From Desulfuromonadales bacterium (GTDB taxonomy: Bacteria; Desulfobacterota; Desulfuromonadia; Desulfuromonadales; JAAYDE01), in assembly GCA_963665915.2 (NCBI GenBank), contig CAXXSG010000011.1:68979-132978 (forward strand): 64,000 nucleotides of DNA, read 5' to 3'. Within the stretch, counting starts at the first letter, position 1. Every line of letters starts with the position of its first letter. Made by a program: the position numbers and the translations under genes. The notes beneath the pieces are model-generated. The model was not told the origin of the DNA. It was given only the letters and a program-made list of their open reading frames with translations, and did no database searches. Positions 25,745-34,848 of the stretch are shown piece by piece.

Positions 25745-26481
25745 GGGTCATGACTAGTTGAGAGGTCGATCTCTGAGAATTTTGAGGATCATTTGGTAGA
25801 GATCCTGACCTCTATGGTTGAACCTAAACTCACACTCTTTTAGATGCAAGTTAAAGGTTTCTGTTCGCATTCCACGGAAGCGAACCAGGCGGGTCTTAGC
25901 GAACCCCCAGAAACCTTCAATACCATTGATGTGAGTATGCCCTTTAGCAAATTCGTCACGACCATGATCGACGCGCAAGTGCTTTCCATAGCCAACGTCT
26001 ACCAAACCGTCATAACCGCGCCAGCCATCAGAGTAAATGACGCTTTCGAGCTCGACTTTCCCTCTAATGGCCCGTTGTAGCGTGACTTTTTTACAATCTG
26101 GAACGATCTCTGTGTGAACGTGACCGTTCCTTTGAAAGAGGCCAAAGACAATGGTTTTACCAAAGGCTCCACGCCCTCTTTTGCCTTTAACGCGCCGAGC
26201 CCCAAAGAACGATTCGTCAACCTCAACCTCCCCAAAGAATGGAGATTGGGCATCACAATATTCAACGAGATGTTGCCGGATAGCCGTCAAATATCGGTTA
26301 ATCGTATTGCGATTCAGACCGGTCAATTTGGCAAGCTGAGTGGCCTCTAAATCGACTGAAAACAGGCGCACAATTTGTCGAAATTGATGCTCCGAAATTC
26401 GTGAACGCTTTGCGTACTTGTTTTTACCAGTCATGACAATAAGTTAGCACATATCCAAAAGTGCTCAACTAGTCATGACCC
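25745..26481 (-). mobile_element. Complete IS1595-family insertion sequence (737 bp) with perfect 18-bp terminal inverted repeats and an 8-bp target-site duplication
   Basis: IRL GGGTCATGACTAGTTGAG (25745-25762) is the exact reverse complement of IRR CTCAACTAGTCATGACCC (26464-26481). Flanking direct repeat TAAATGAA at 25737-25744 and 26482-26489. Confidence 0.9.
25754..26434 (-). CDS. IS1595-family (ISXO2-like) DDE transposase
   Basis: 226 aa. N-terminal HTH (LAKLTGLNRNTINRYL), EVDESFFG...GKTIVFGL...YSDGWRGYD...HINGIEGFW pattern typical of the IS1595 transposase domain. Confidence 0.85.
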   Translation of the reverse strand: MTGKNKYAKRSRISEHQFRQIVRLFSVDLEATQLAKLTGLNRNTINRYLTAIRQHLVEYCDAQSPFFGEVEVDESFFGARRVKGKRGRGAFGKTIVFGLFQRNGHVHTEIVPDCKKVTLQRAIRGKVELESVIYSDGWRGYDGLVDVGYGKHLRVDHGRDEFAKGHTHINGIEGFWGFAKTRLVRFRGMRTETFNLHLKECEFRFNHRGQDLYQMILKILRDRPLN

Positions 26482-26610
26482 TAAATGAATTATTAGCCAT
26501 CCGCTTTTCCGTCTGGACCAGGGCTGCGATGGGGTTTGATTTCCTTCCTCGCTCGAACTGTCGAGCAATTAGATTGCCGGCTGGTGTATCGACATTTTTT
26601 AACCTTGGAC

Positions 26611-26650
26611 TTGACAATCCACAAAATTGCAGTATTTTACTAATTAGTAA
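26611..26650 (+). promoter_or_regulatory. Sigma-70-type promoter (TTGACA-N16-TATTTT) overlapped by a perfect 14-bp palindrome, a candidate PerR/Fur-type box
   Basis: TTGACA at 26611-26616, TATTTT at 26633-26638, and TTACTAATTAGTAA at 26637-26650 (its own reverse complement, resembling the 7-1-7 TTATAAT-N-ATTATAA type box). It lies 32 nt upstream of the perR start. Confidence 0.55.
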
Positions 26651-26681
26651 TTATTCTTAATTTGGTTTTTCAGCAATACTT

Positions 26682-27131
26682 ATGAAGACAATACCGAACG
26701 ATCAATTTGCAGACTTCGAGACCGCCTGCCGGAAAAAAAATTTGCGCTTAACAGTGCAACGATTTGAGATCTTTAAGGGCTTGGCAAAAGCGACCGATCA
26801 TCCGACACCGGAAATTCTGCATCAGAGATTACTCAAGCAGATGCCGACGTTGTCATTGGATACTGTTTATCGCACGCTCAGAACTTTCGCCGATCTTGGG
26901 CTGATCAATAAAGTTGAAACGGTTGAAAGTCAGGCACGTTTTGAAGCGTTGCATGTCCAGCATCACCATTTAATATGCGAAAAGTGTAAAAAAATCATGG
27001 ACTTTCAATGGCATTTCATTGATGAAGCCTCATTGCCGGAAAATCTTCGCAACTGGGGAAGGATTGATCGGAAAAGTCTGGTCGTTTATGGAACATGCCA
27101 CAAATGTTTAAGTGAATCATTCGAACAGTAG
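26682..27131 (+). CDS. perR: Fur-family transcriptional regulator, peroxide-responsive (PerR-like)
   Basis: 149 aa. Winged-helix N-terminus, HHHLICEKCKKIMDF and GTCHKC (two CxxC pairs). It sits directly upstream of a catalase gene. Confidence 0.75.
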   Translation: MKTIPNDQFADFETACRKKNLRLTVQRFEIFKGLAKATDHPTPEILHQRLLKQMPTLSLDTVYRTLRTFADLGLINKVETVESQARFEALHVQHHHLICEKCKKIMDFQWHFIDEASLPENLRNWGRIDRKSLVVYGTCHKCLSESFEQ

Positions 27132-27272
27132 TTTTTCCCCAAAGTTGATGTGAATTTTTAAAATGTGTTCTTTTTTCGTGAATTGTCGGCCGGTTTTGTT
27201 AAAAGCAGGGACAGTAAACCACCGATTCCGCCATTGTTTAAAATCATCTTCCTAGAGAAAGGACAGGGTAAA

Positions 27273-28727
27273 ATGAAAAAAAAATTGACAACCAATGCCG
27301 GGGCTCCGGTCGCTGACAACAACAATGTAATGACAGCGGGACCGCGTGGGCCGTTACTCATGCAGGATGTCTGGTTTCAGGAGAAACTGGCCAGTTTTGA
27401 TCGTGAAGTCATCCCCGAACGGCGCATGCATGCCAAGGGCTCAGGCGCATTCGGGACCTTTACCGTGACTCACGATATCACCAAGTACACGAAGGCAAAA
27501 ATTTTTTCCGAGGTCGGGAAAAAGACCGAGATGTTCGTGCGCTTTTCCACGGTTGCCGGTGAACGCGGTGCGGCCGATGCCGAGCGGGATATTCGCGGTT
27601 TTGCGATGAAATATTATACCGAGGAGGGAAACTGGGATCTGGTCGGCAACAACACTCCGGTTTTTTTCCTGAAAGATCCCTACAAATTTCCCGATCTCAA
27701 CCATGTGGTCAAACGCGACCCGCGCACCAATCTGCGTAGTGCCAAAAATAACTGGGATTTCTGGACCCTGCTTCCGGAAGCTCTGCACCAGGTGACCATT
27801 ACCATGAGTGAACGGGGGATTCCCCTTTCCTACCGCCATATGAACGGTTACGGCAGTCATACTTACAGTTTGCTCAATGCGGAGAATAAACGTTACTGGG
27901 TCAAGTTCCATTTCAAGACCCAGCAGGGGATCAAATGTCTGACCGATGCCGAAGCCGAAGCTGTGATCGGCAAATGCCGCGAGAGTAATCAACGCGACCT
28001 TTATGAGAGCATTGAAAAGGGGGATTTCCCGCGCTGGAAGATGCAGATTCAGGTTGTGCCGGAAGAGGATGCGGCTAAGTTTTCATTTAATCCCTTTGAT
28101 TTGACCAAAGTCTGGCCACATGACAAATATCCGATGATCGAAGTCGGTGTCATGGAATTGAACAAAAATCCGGACAACTATTTTGCCGACGTCGAACAGG
28201 CGGCTTTCAATCCGGTCAATATTGTTCCCGGTATTGGATTTTCTCCTGATAAGATGTTGCAGGGGAGGCTGTTCTCCTATGGGGATACCCAGCGTTATCG
28301 CCTCGGTGTCAATCATCACTTGATCCCGGTTAACAAGCCTCGCTGCCCGTTTCACAGTTACCACCGCGATGGTACCATGCGGGTTGACGGGAACCATGGC
28401 AGCACCCTCGGTTACGAGCCCAACAGTTATGGTGAGTGGCAGGAACAGCCGGATTTTTCCGAGCCTCCACTAAGTTTGGAAGGGGCAGCGGATCACTGGA
28501 ATCATCGTGAAGATGATGATGACTACTTCAGCCAGCCTGGCGATCTTTTTCGGTTGATGAGTGCTGAGCAGCAGGAAACATTGTTCGCTAATACCGGTCG
28601 TGCAATGGGTGACGCACCTCGGGAAATCAAGGTCCGCCATGCTGCCAATTGTTACAAAGCTGACCCCGCTTATGGGGAAGGTGTCGCAAAAGCAATGGAT
28701 ATCCCATTGAACGAAATTATGGAATAG
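27273..28727 (+). CDS. katA: Monofunctional heme catalase (clade 3, small subunit)
   Basis: 484 aa from [52 protein letters not shown] contains the distal His, and [14 protein letters not shown] contains the proximal Tyr. ATG 27273 is preferred over the track start 27165. Confidence 0.9.
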   Translation: MKKKLTTNAGAPVADNNNVMTAGPRGPLLMQDVWFQEKLASFDREVIPERRMHAKGSGAFGTFTVTHDITKYTKAKIFSEVGKKTEMFVRFSTVAGERGAADAERDIRGFAMKYYTEEGNWDLVGNNTPVFFLKDPYKFPDLNHVVKRDPRTNLRSAKNNWDFWTLLPEALHQVTITMSERGIPLSYRHMNGYGSHTYSLLNAENKRYWVKFHFKTQQGIKCLTDAEAEAVIGKCRESNQRDLYESIEKGDFPRWKMQIQVVPEEDAAKFSFNPFDLTKVWPHDKYPMIEVGVMELNKNPDNYFADVEQAAFNPVNIVPGIGFSPDKMLQGRLFSYGDTQRYRLGVNHHLIPVNKPRCPFHSYHRDGTMRVDGNHGSTLGYEPNSYGEWQEQPDFSEPPLSLEGAADHWNHREDDDDYFSQPGDLFRLMSAEQQETLFANTGRAMGDAPREIKVRHAANCYKADPAYGEGVAKAMDIPLNEIME

Positions 28728-28998
28728 GCATTGCCGCTGATTCAGCGAAAAAACAAAACCGCCCGTATGCTGACATGGCATTGGGCTGTTTTGTTATGCG
28801 TAGGCGCCTTTCCGGGTGAAAGCCGAGGGGCAGGCCTGAAAGATTGTAATCCAGGGCCAGCATCTCCAATTCAATAGTATGAAAGTGCTCCGTACAAACG
28901 ACTAAGGGCCTGGAAGGTTTCTGCAGGCCCTTAGTTTCACTTTGATTCAAAACAGGAAAACTGAAAATAAATTTTTGGGAATAGGCCTTGCCCTTTGC

Positions 28999-29583
28999 CT
29001 AAGGCTCCGATGGCTTGAAAGGGGTTGACTGCCATTTTTCAGCAAGTTTTTGAGCTTTAGCCAACGCTTTCGGGGACATGTCCTTTTCCAGTTCCTTGAG
29101 TTTGGTCTCAGCCTTGATTTCGCCGTTTTTTAGCGCGAGACTGTACCACATATAGGCTTGAACATCATCCTGGGAAACCCCTCCGACGCCGTTTTCATAC
29201 AACAGAGCAAGCTCGAATTGCGCCGGTCCATAATCCTGGTCAGCCGCTTTATACATCCATTTAGCGGTTTTTTCTGTGGTTTGGGGATACTGGAAATATT
29301 TAAGCCCTATCAGGGTCTGGGAGATCGGGTTCCCCTGTTCGGCCAAGGGTTCCCATTTGTTGAAAAATTCCTCGAGTTCCTCGCATTTTTCAGTCAACGT
29401 GAATTTAGCCATCCAGCTTCCACAGGGGATCCCCCTGACTTCCGGGTATTCACCAGGCGCCGCGGGCGTGCCCGTAAAATCAAAAGCCGAAGACATCCCC
29501 GGAAAGATCAGCAGGAACATCAGGCATGCAGGAATCAAAAACCCTGAGATTCTCATGGGGGAACAAACCGTCAATATCTTCAT
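28999..29583 (-). CDS. Secreted Sel1-repeat (TPR-like) protein
   Basis: 194 aa with a signal peptide. Sel1-like repeats (AEQGNPISQTLIGLKYF..., AADQDYGPAQFELALLYENGVGG..., AYMWYSLA). Confidence 0.7.
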   Translation of the reverse strand: MKILTVCSPMRISGFLIPACLMFLLIFPGMSSAFDFTGTPAAPGEYPEVRGIPCGSWMAKFTLTEKCEELEEFFNKWEPLAEQGNPISQTLIGLKYFQYPQTTEKTAKWMYKAADQDYGPAQFELALLYENGVGGVSQDDVQAYMWYSLALKNGEIKAETKLKELEKDMSPKALAKAQKLAEKWQSTPFKPSEP

Positions 29584-29866
29584 GGCAATCCTTTATATTT
29601 GGTATTTAATTCCGGTTCTGTCTTTTGTTCTGAAAACTAAGAGCCGATGAGGAACAATTCCATCATTGCAAGTTTTGGCAATGCGAAATAATATCCTTTA
29701 AAGAGGCGGATGGCAATATCTTTAGGTTTCGAACAATTCGTTCGAGGGGGCAACCCCGGTCACTCCACCAGAAAATGGCCGGATAGAAAACCCTGACGGC
29801 CACTGCTTTGTCCGCCACGTCGGGCCGGAATCCTATTATTCACTTTTTGCGAGCGACGGCGAATTA

Positions 29867-31027
29867 ATGAAGAAAACTTTTTTTCTGCTGGCCCTGTTGG
29901 CGGCTTTTCCTCCCTTATCCACCGACATGTACCTCGCCGCTATTCCCATCCTTCAGAAACAGTGGCAGCAGCCTCTCGCCTCCGTCAATCTGACCCTGAT
30001 CTTTTTTTTCATCAGTTATTGCTTTTTTCTCCTGATCTACGGGCCTGTTTCTGACCGTTACGGGCGCCGCCCGCCGCTGATAACCGGTATTGTCATTTTT
30101 ATCCTGGCCAGTTTGATGTGTGCCTTTTCCAAGGGGTTGACGGAACTGATTGTTTTCAGAATCGTCCAGGGTGCGGGGGCTGCCGGCGCTTCGGCGATTT
30201 CCCTGGCAATTTGCAAGGATATTTACGAAGGGAGAGAACGCGAAAAGGTCTTGGCCCATCTCGCTGTCGCTATCGGTTTGGCCCCCATGCTGGCGCCTGT
30301 TTTCGGCGGTTGGCTCCTCAGCTTTTTCCCTTGGCCATCCCTCTTTTTTTCACAGGCAGCGCTCGCCGGTCTGGCTCTGGCTGGTGTCTGGAAAATGAAA
30401 GAACCGTACAGAGACGTGTCCGACGCAACAGTCTGGAGGCAGCTGGCAAACTACATTCACTTGCTTGGAAATGGCCGTTTTCTCATTCTGGCCGTGATTA
30501 CCTCCATAAGCATGTTGCCGCTTTTTGCTTTTATTGCCGGCTGCTCCGATATTTATATCAACAAATTTTCCTTGTCCGAACAGGTCTTCGGGCTTTTTTT
30601 CGGGGCCAACGCCCTGGCTTATATGACGGGGTCTTTTGTCTGCTCCCGCCTGGTGCGCCGAGTGCCGTCCCGTCATCTCATGAGCGCTGGTTTTACGGGT
30701 ATTCCGCTGGCCGGAATGATTCTCCTGCTTTCAGCTCGTCATACCCCCTGGGGACTGGCTCTGCCGATGTTCATCATGTCTTTTTCCATCGGTCTTTGTC
30801 GCCCACCGGGTACCAATCTGGCGCTTGAACAGGTCCAACGAAGCGCCGGTGCGGCCGCTTCATTTCTGGTCTTTACCCTGTTTGTTTTCGGCGCCACCGC
30901 CATGTGGCTGATTTCGTGGGACTGGAGTGATAAAATGGATATTTTGGGATGGATGGGGCTGAGTTGCGGAGCGCTGACACTGGGAGGCTGGTTCGCCCTC
31001 CAGCGCGTCCTGAAGCTTGAGGGGTGA
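29867..31027 (+). CDS. MFS transporter, Bcr/CflA-type drug resistance subfamily
   Basis: 386 aa with 12 predicted TM segments. GPVSDRYGRRPPL (MFS motif A) and N-terminal LSTDMYLAAIP, typical of Bcr/CflA. Confidence 0.75.
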   Translation: MKKTFFLLALLAAFPPLSTDMYLAAIPILQKQWQQPLASVNLTLIFFFISYCFFLLIYGPVSDRYGRRPPLITGIVIFILASLMCAFSKGLTELIVFRIVQGAGAAGASAISLAICKDIYEGREREKVLAHLAVAIGLAPMLAPVFGGWLLSFFPWPSLFFSQAALAGLALAGVWKMKEPYRDVSDATVWRQLANYIHLLGNGRFLILAVITSISMLPLFAFIAGCSDIYINKFSLSEQVFGLFFGANALAYMTGSFVCSRLVRRVPSRHLMSAGFTGIPLAGMILLLSARHTPWGLALPMFIMSFSIGLCRPPGTNLALEQVQRSAGAAASFLVFTLFVFGATAMWLISWDWSDKMDILGWMGLSCGALTLGGWFALQRVLKLEG

Positions 31028-31083
31028 GGATTTTCAGACAAGGGTGTTATTATTGTAACCATTAACCTCTTTGCTGTTGGCCT

Positions 31084-31155
31084 CGCACCGCCCATTCCAA
31101 GGGCCGCATGAACCCATCCCGGCGCCGGGCACCCTTTCCATGGGCGCTGCGAGTC
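31084..31155. repeat. Copy A of a repeated GC-rich palindromic intergenic element
   Basis: Shares a 21-nt identical core CGCCCATTCCAAGGGCCGCAT and a second block CCATCC-GGCGCC...CCATGGGCGC with 62732-62814. The outer 12-nt arms pair 11/12 in each copy. Confidence 0.7.
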
Positions 31156-31174
31156 AGGTGTGATGAAGAACTTA

Positions 31175-31513
31175 TTATTCAGGAAATTCCAGTGTCGTTT
31201 CCAGCGCCTGTTCCAGCTTTTTCAGCTTATCCTCTTCCCGGCACCAGCAGTTCAGGCGGCTCTGGCAGGGAGCCTTATGCTGCCAGAACGAAACGATCAT
31301 CGATTGGGGTTGCCAGGACTCCAGGAACCACTCCTTCAGAAGGGGGCGGTACGCAATCCGGGCCCAGGGTTTTCCGTCTTTGCGGATCACATACAGATTT
31401 TTGCCGGTGGAAATTTCCACCCTGAGACCGCTTTTTTGGTAGAAGCGGTCAATCTTGGCTAGGGTGAAAGGATTGGGGTGGGGTGTTCTCAGCGAGTCGC
31501 TTTCGTTCGTCAT
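31175..31513 (-). CDS. Hypothetical protein (112 aa), translationally coupled to rlmKL
   Basis: ATGA overlap with the rlmKL stop (31510-31513). Trp-rich (PWARIAYRPLLKEWFLESWQ...FWQH...CWC). No family assigned. Confidence 0.5.
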   Translation of the reverse strand: MTNESDSLRTPHPNPFTLAKIDRFYQKSGLRVEISTGKNLYVIRKDGKPWARIAYRPLLKEWFLESWQPQSMIVSFWQHKAPCQSRLNCWCREEDKLKKLEQALETTLEFPE

Positions 31514-33783
31514 TTTTGTGATGGTTTCCTGTGCATAATCCTCCAGCACCGGTGCATCCGGGCGTTGCGTTGAAAATCGGGAGGGATGGTCCAGGCTGAA
31601 ATATCCTCAATAGTCAATTCAGGAAAGATCTCCGGATTCATCTTGAATTTTCTGAAATTGTTGGAAAATATGAGTTCTCCGTCTTTTGTGAGGAGGCGGG
31701 AGACAGCTCTCAGCAGGTCCGGATAATCCCTCTGGATGTCGAAAAATGTTTTCCGATCCCTGGAGTTGGAAAAGGTTGGCGGATCGAGGAAGATCAGGTC
31801 GAAGCGTCGGGTTTCGTTTTTCAGCCATTCCAGACAATCGGCCTGGATGAAGTCGTGGTTTTCCAGGTCCAGTTCATTGAGGAGAAAATTCCGCTTGGCC
31901 CACTCCAGATAGGTTCGCGAACTGTCGACCGTCAGGGTTCCGGCTGCGCCGCCGGCGGCGGCATAAACAGATGCCGACCCGGTGTAGGCGAAAAGATTGA
32001 GGAAAAGTTTCCCCGCGGCCGCTTCCCGGATCATTTTCCGGGTCGGGCGATGATCGAGAAAAAGACCGGTGTCCAGGTAATCACTGAAGTTGACCAGAAA
32101 GCGCAAGCCCTCCTCCCGAACTTCCTGAAATTTTTCCCGGTTCTCCATTTTATGGTACTGGTCGCGTCCTTTCTGCTTTTTCCTGACCTTGAGAAAAATA
32201 TGTTCCGGAGGGATATCCAGGGTTTCAGCCAGGGTCGCGAGGATTTCCCGCAGGCGGGTCTGGGCCAGGACCGGATTGATGTTTTGCGGCGGATCATATT
32301 CCTGGACATGAACCCACTCTTCGTAAATGTCGACTGCCGCGGCATATTCGGGGATATCGGCATCGTAAATACGGTAGCAGGTCACCCCCTCCCGTTCTTT
32401 CCAGCGGCGCAGGTTGCGGAGATTTTTGCGCAGGCGGTTGGCGAGCATTTCCGAGGTTCCTTCTTGGATGGCCGTAGCCTCTGTGGGGTGAGGAGCAGCA
32501 GCGCTCAGTCCTTCCCTGGCCGCTGTTAAGCCAAGCTGGTAATGGTAGAGGCGGCATTCAATCGGGCCGTTGAAAAGTCTGTGCTCAGTGTCTGCGCAAA
32601 GGCCCAGTTCCTTCTCCAACTCCGGGGAAGCGGTCAGAATCCCCGCATTCCATCCGCCAAACTGTTGTTTGAGCTGTTGCCCAAGGAGATGGTAAAGGTT
32701 TTTAAGGTTTTCATTGTGTCCGAGGCGCTGACCGTAAGGCGGGTTGGTGACGATCAGGCCGCCGCTTCCTTCTGCTGAGGCGGGCAGCTCGAACTTTTGG
32801 ATATCGCTCCTCTGCAACTCGATGAAGTTTTCCAAGCCAGCCAGGCGGGCGTTCGCCCGGGCACCATCTATGGCGTCCGAACTGCCATCAAAACCAAAGA
32901 TCCGCGGCCGCTTTTTCATCCCTGTCTCCTTGCGGGAGGAGGCTTCACTGAGCAGTTTTTTCCAGACTGCGGGCTGATGCCCCTTCCAACCGAGAAAACC
33001 GTAATATTCGCGCAGCAACCCCGGCGCCATGTCCATGGCCAGGAGCGCTCCTTCGGTGAGCAGGGTGCCTGACCCGCACATGGGGTCGAGGAGAACTCCT
33101 CCCTTTTCCGAGATCGCCGGCCAGTTGCTGAAAAGGAGAATGGCCGCGGCGAGATTTTCCTTGAGCGGTGCGGGGCCTCCCTTTTCCCGGTAACTGCGGC
33201 GGTGGAGACTGTCGCCGGAGAGGTCGAGGCTGACTGTCAGCTGATTTCGCAGGAGATGGAGGTTGATGCGGATGTCGGGCCTTTCCAGGTCGACCGATGG
33301 CCTGACCCCGAAGTTGTCCCGAAACTGATCGACGATCGCATCTTTGGCCTTCAGGGCGGCAAAGTGGGAGTGTTTAATCTTCGAGCGGGCGATGTTGCAA
33401 TCGACGGCGAGGGTACCGTCTTTTTCCATATGGCTGCTCCAGTCAATCTCGCGGATGCCCAGGTACAGTCCTTCCGGTGTAAGGGCTGGAAAAGTCTTTA
33501 GAGGGAGGAACACGCGGTTCGCGAGCCGGGTCCAGAGACAGGTTCGGCAGGCTGTTTCAAGCGTGCCGATGAAGAAAACGCCCCCTTTGCCGGCGCGGAT
33601 CTTTTCCGCGCCCAGCCCTTTCAGCTCTTCAGCAAGCAGGACTTCCAGGCCCAGAGCCGCGGTGGCGAAAAATTGTCGGATCTCCGTTTTTTCCGGGCGC
33701 TTCCTCTTTATGGTGCGGTTTCGGTTCTCAGTGCTCACAGGAGGGTACCCATTTTTTACGAAAATTTTTAATTTCCTCCACAC
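31510..33783 (-). CDS. rlmL: Bifunctional 23S rRNA methyltransferase RlmKL (m2G2445 / m7G2069)
   Basis: 757 aa. N-terminal THUMP-type region (FFATAALGLEVLLAEEL), first SAM-MTase with the NPPYG motif (IVTNPPYGQRLG) and a second C-terminal SAM-MTase (FDLIFLDPPTFS). The true start may be GTG 33738. Confidence 0.85.
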   Translation of the reverse strand: MWRKLKIFVKNGYPPVSTENRNRTIKRKRPEKTEIRQFFATAALGLEVLLAEELKGLGAEKIRAGKGGVFFIGTLETACRTCLWTRLANRVFLPLKTFPALTPEGLYLGIREIDWSSHMEKDGTLAVDCNIARSKIKHSHFAALKAKDAIVDQFRDNFGVRPSVDLERPDIRINLHLLRNQLTVSLDLSGDSLHRRSYREKGGPAPLKENLAAAILLFSNWPAISEKGGVLLDPMCGSGTLLTEGALLAMDMAPGLLREYYGFLGWKGHQPAVWKKLLSEASSRKETGMKKRPRIFGFDGSSDAIDGARANARLAGLENFIELQRSDIQKFELPASAEGSGGLIVTNPPYGQRLGHNENLKNLYHLLGQQLKQQFGGWNAGILTASPELEKELGLCADTEHRLFNGPIECRLYHYQLGLTAAREGLSAAAPHPTEATAIQEGTSEMLANRLRKNLRNLRRWKEREGVTCYRIYDADIPEYAAAVDIYEEWVHVQEYDPPQNINPVLAQTRLREILATLAETLDIPPEHIFLKVRKKQKGRDQYHKMENREKFQEVREEGLRFLVNFSDYLDTGLFLDHRPTRKMIREAAAGKLFLNLFAYTGSASVYAAAGGAAGTLTVDSSRTYLEWAKRNFLLNELDLENHDFIQADCLEWLKNETRRFDLIFLDPPTFSNSRDRKTFFDIQRDYPDLLRAVSRLLTKDGELIFSNNFRKFKMNPEIFPELTIEDISAWTIPPDFQRNARMHRCWRIMHRKPSQK

Positions 33784-34600
33784 ACTGATAGGGGACCCTT
33801 AAATTCCCCCGGCCAGTCCCAAGCGCCAGAACATCGGGGTCGAAGCCATGGAAATCAGAGCCACCGGTGACGATCAATCCCCGCCGTCTGGCCAGGGTTA
33901 TGAATTGCTGGGTTTCATTACAAGTAGTGCCGGAGGACCAGGCTTCGAGCCCCGCCAAACCTTCCGGAATAAACTTCTGGCAGAGATCCTCCAGTATCCG
34001 CATATCCCTGGTTATCAGGTGCGGGTGGGCCAGAACCGGCACGCCACCCGCCGAAAGAATGAGGGCGATAGCCTCCGGGGTCGGGAAAAAACGTTTGGGT
34101 TCATTACAGGGGTGGAGGTAGCGGTTGAAGGCATCAGAAAGATCTTTTGCATAGCCTTGCCGGATCAGGGCTCGGGCGACATGGGGCCGTCCCATGGCGC
34201 CCCGGGCTTGAGAACGAACCTCTTCGAAATCGAGGGGTTTGCGTCCCTTTTCGGCCAGAAGGTGGTTGATGTTGTCCATAATTTTAAAGTTGCGCGTTGC
34301 CCGGAAATCCTGGAATTCCTTGAGAGCCTGCTTCAGTTTCAGGTTATGATGATCAAAACCGTATCCCAACAGGTGGAGATCCTGAAATTCCCCGAAAACG
34401 GTGGATAGTTCGACCCCGGTCAGGACTTCAATCCCGGCTAGGGCGCCTTCGCTAAAAACCTCATCCGTTGCGTCGACATTATCATGATCACAGATAGCCA
34501 CGGCGGCAAGGTTCTTTTCAGCGGCCATCCGGATCAGCTCGCGGGGTGTGGACAAACCGTCCGAGTAATGACTGTGAAGGTGGAGATCAACGTATCGCAT
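33728..34600 (-). CDS. PHP-domain phosphoesterase (TrpH/YciV-like)
   Basis: 290 aa. MRYVDLHLHSHYSDG N-terminal metal-binding motif, AICDHD, HP...GGSDFHG. Confidence 0.8.
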   Translation of the reverse strand: MRYVDLHLHSHYSDGLSTPRELIRMAAEKNLAAVAICDHDNVDATDEVFSEGALAGIEVLTGVELSTVFGEFQDLHLLGYGFDHHNLKLKQALKEFQDFRATRNFKIMDNINHLLAEKGRKPLDFEEVRSQARGAMGRPHVARALIRQGYAKDLSDAFNRYLHPCNEPKRFFPTPEAIALILSAGGVPVLAHPHLITRDMRILEDLCQKFIPEGLAGLEAWSSGTTCNETQQFITLARRRGLIVTGGSDFHGFDPDVLALGTGRGNLRVPYQCVEEIKNFRKKWVPSCEH

Positions 34601-34848
34601 AAAATATTATCACATTTTCTGAAAGGGGACGGCATTTCCGAGAAATTGTCTGACGAACGGGCACATTTTTTTCCACTCTAGCATGAATTTCCATTCTTAA
34701 ACAATTGAGGTATTTAACTCCGAATCCTGAATCGGTTTACATTTTTAGCAGGGTTGTGGATGGAATGGAGTTTTGTGGCCACAAAACCCCCTTTCAGAGC
34801 ATGTGAAATTGTGGTAATTTGCTCTATTGAAGTTTCCCATCAAAGGAG

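Noticed and set aside
23473-26690. Classical integrase-bearing genomic island at tRNA-Ala
   Set aside because: No integrase or recombinase gene is present, and I could not see a direct repeat of the tRNA 3' end by eye. It is reported only as a possible eroded islet.
27165-27272. Upstream extension of the catalase ORF
   Set aside because: Catalase homology starts at [12 protein letters not shown] (27273), behind a GAAAGGA ribosome-binding site. The extension has no homology value.
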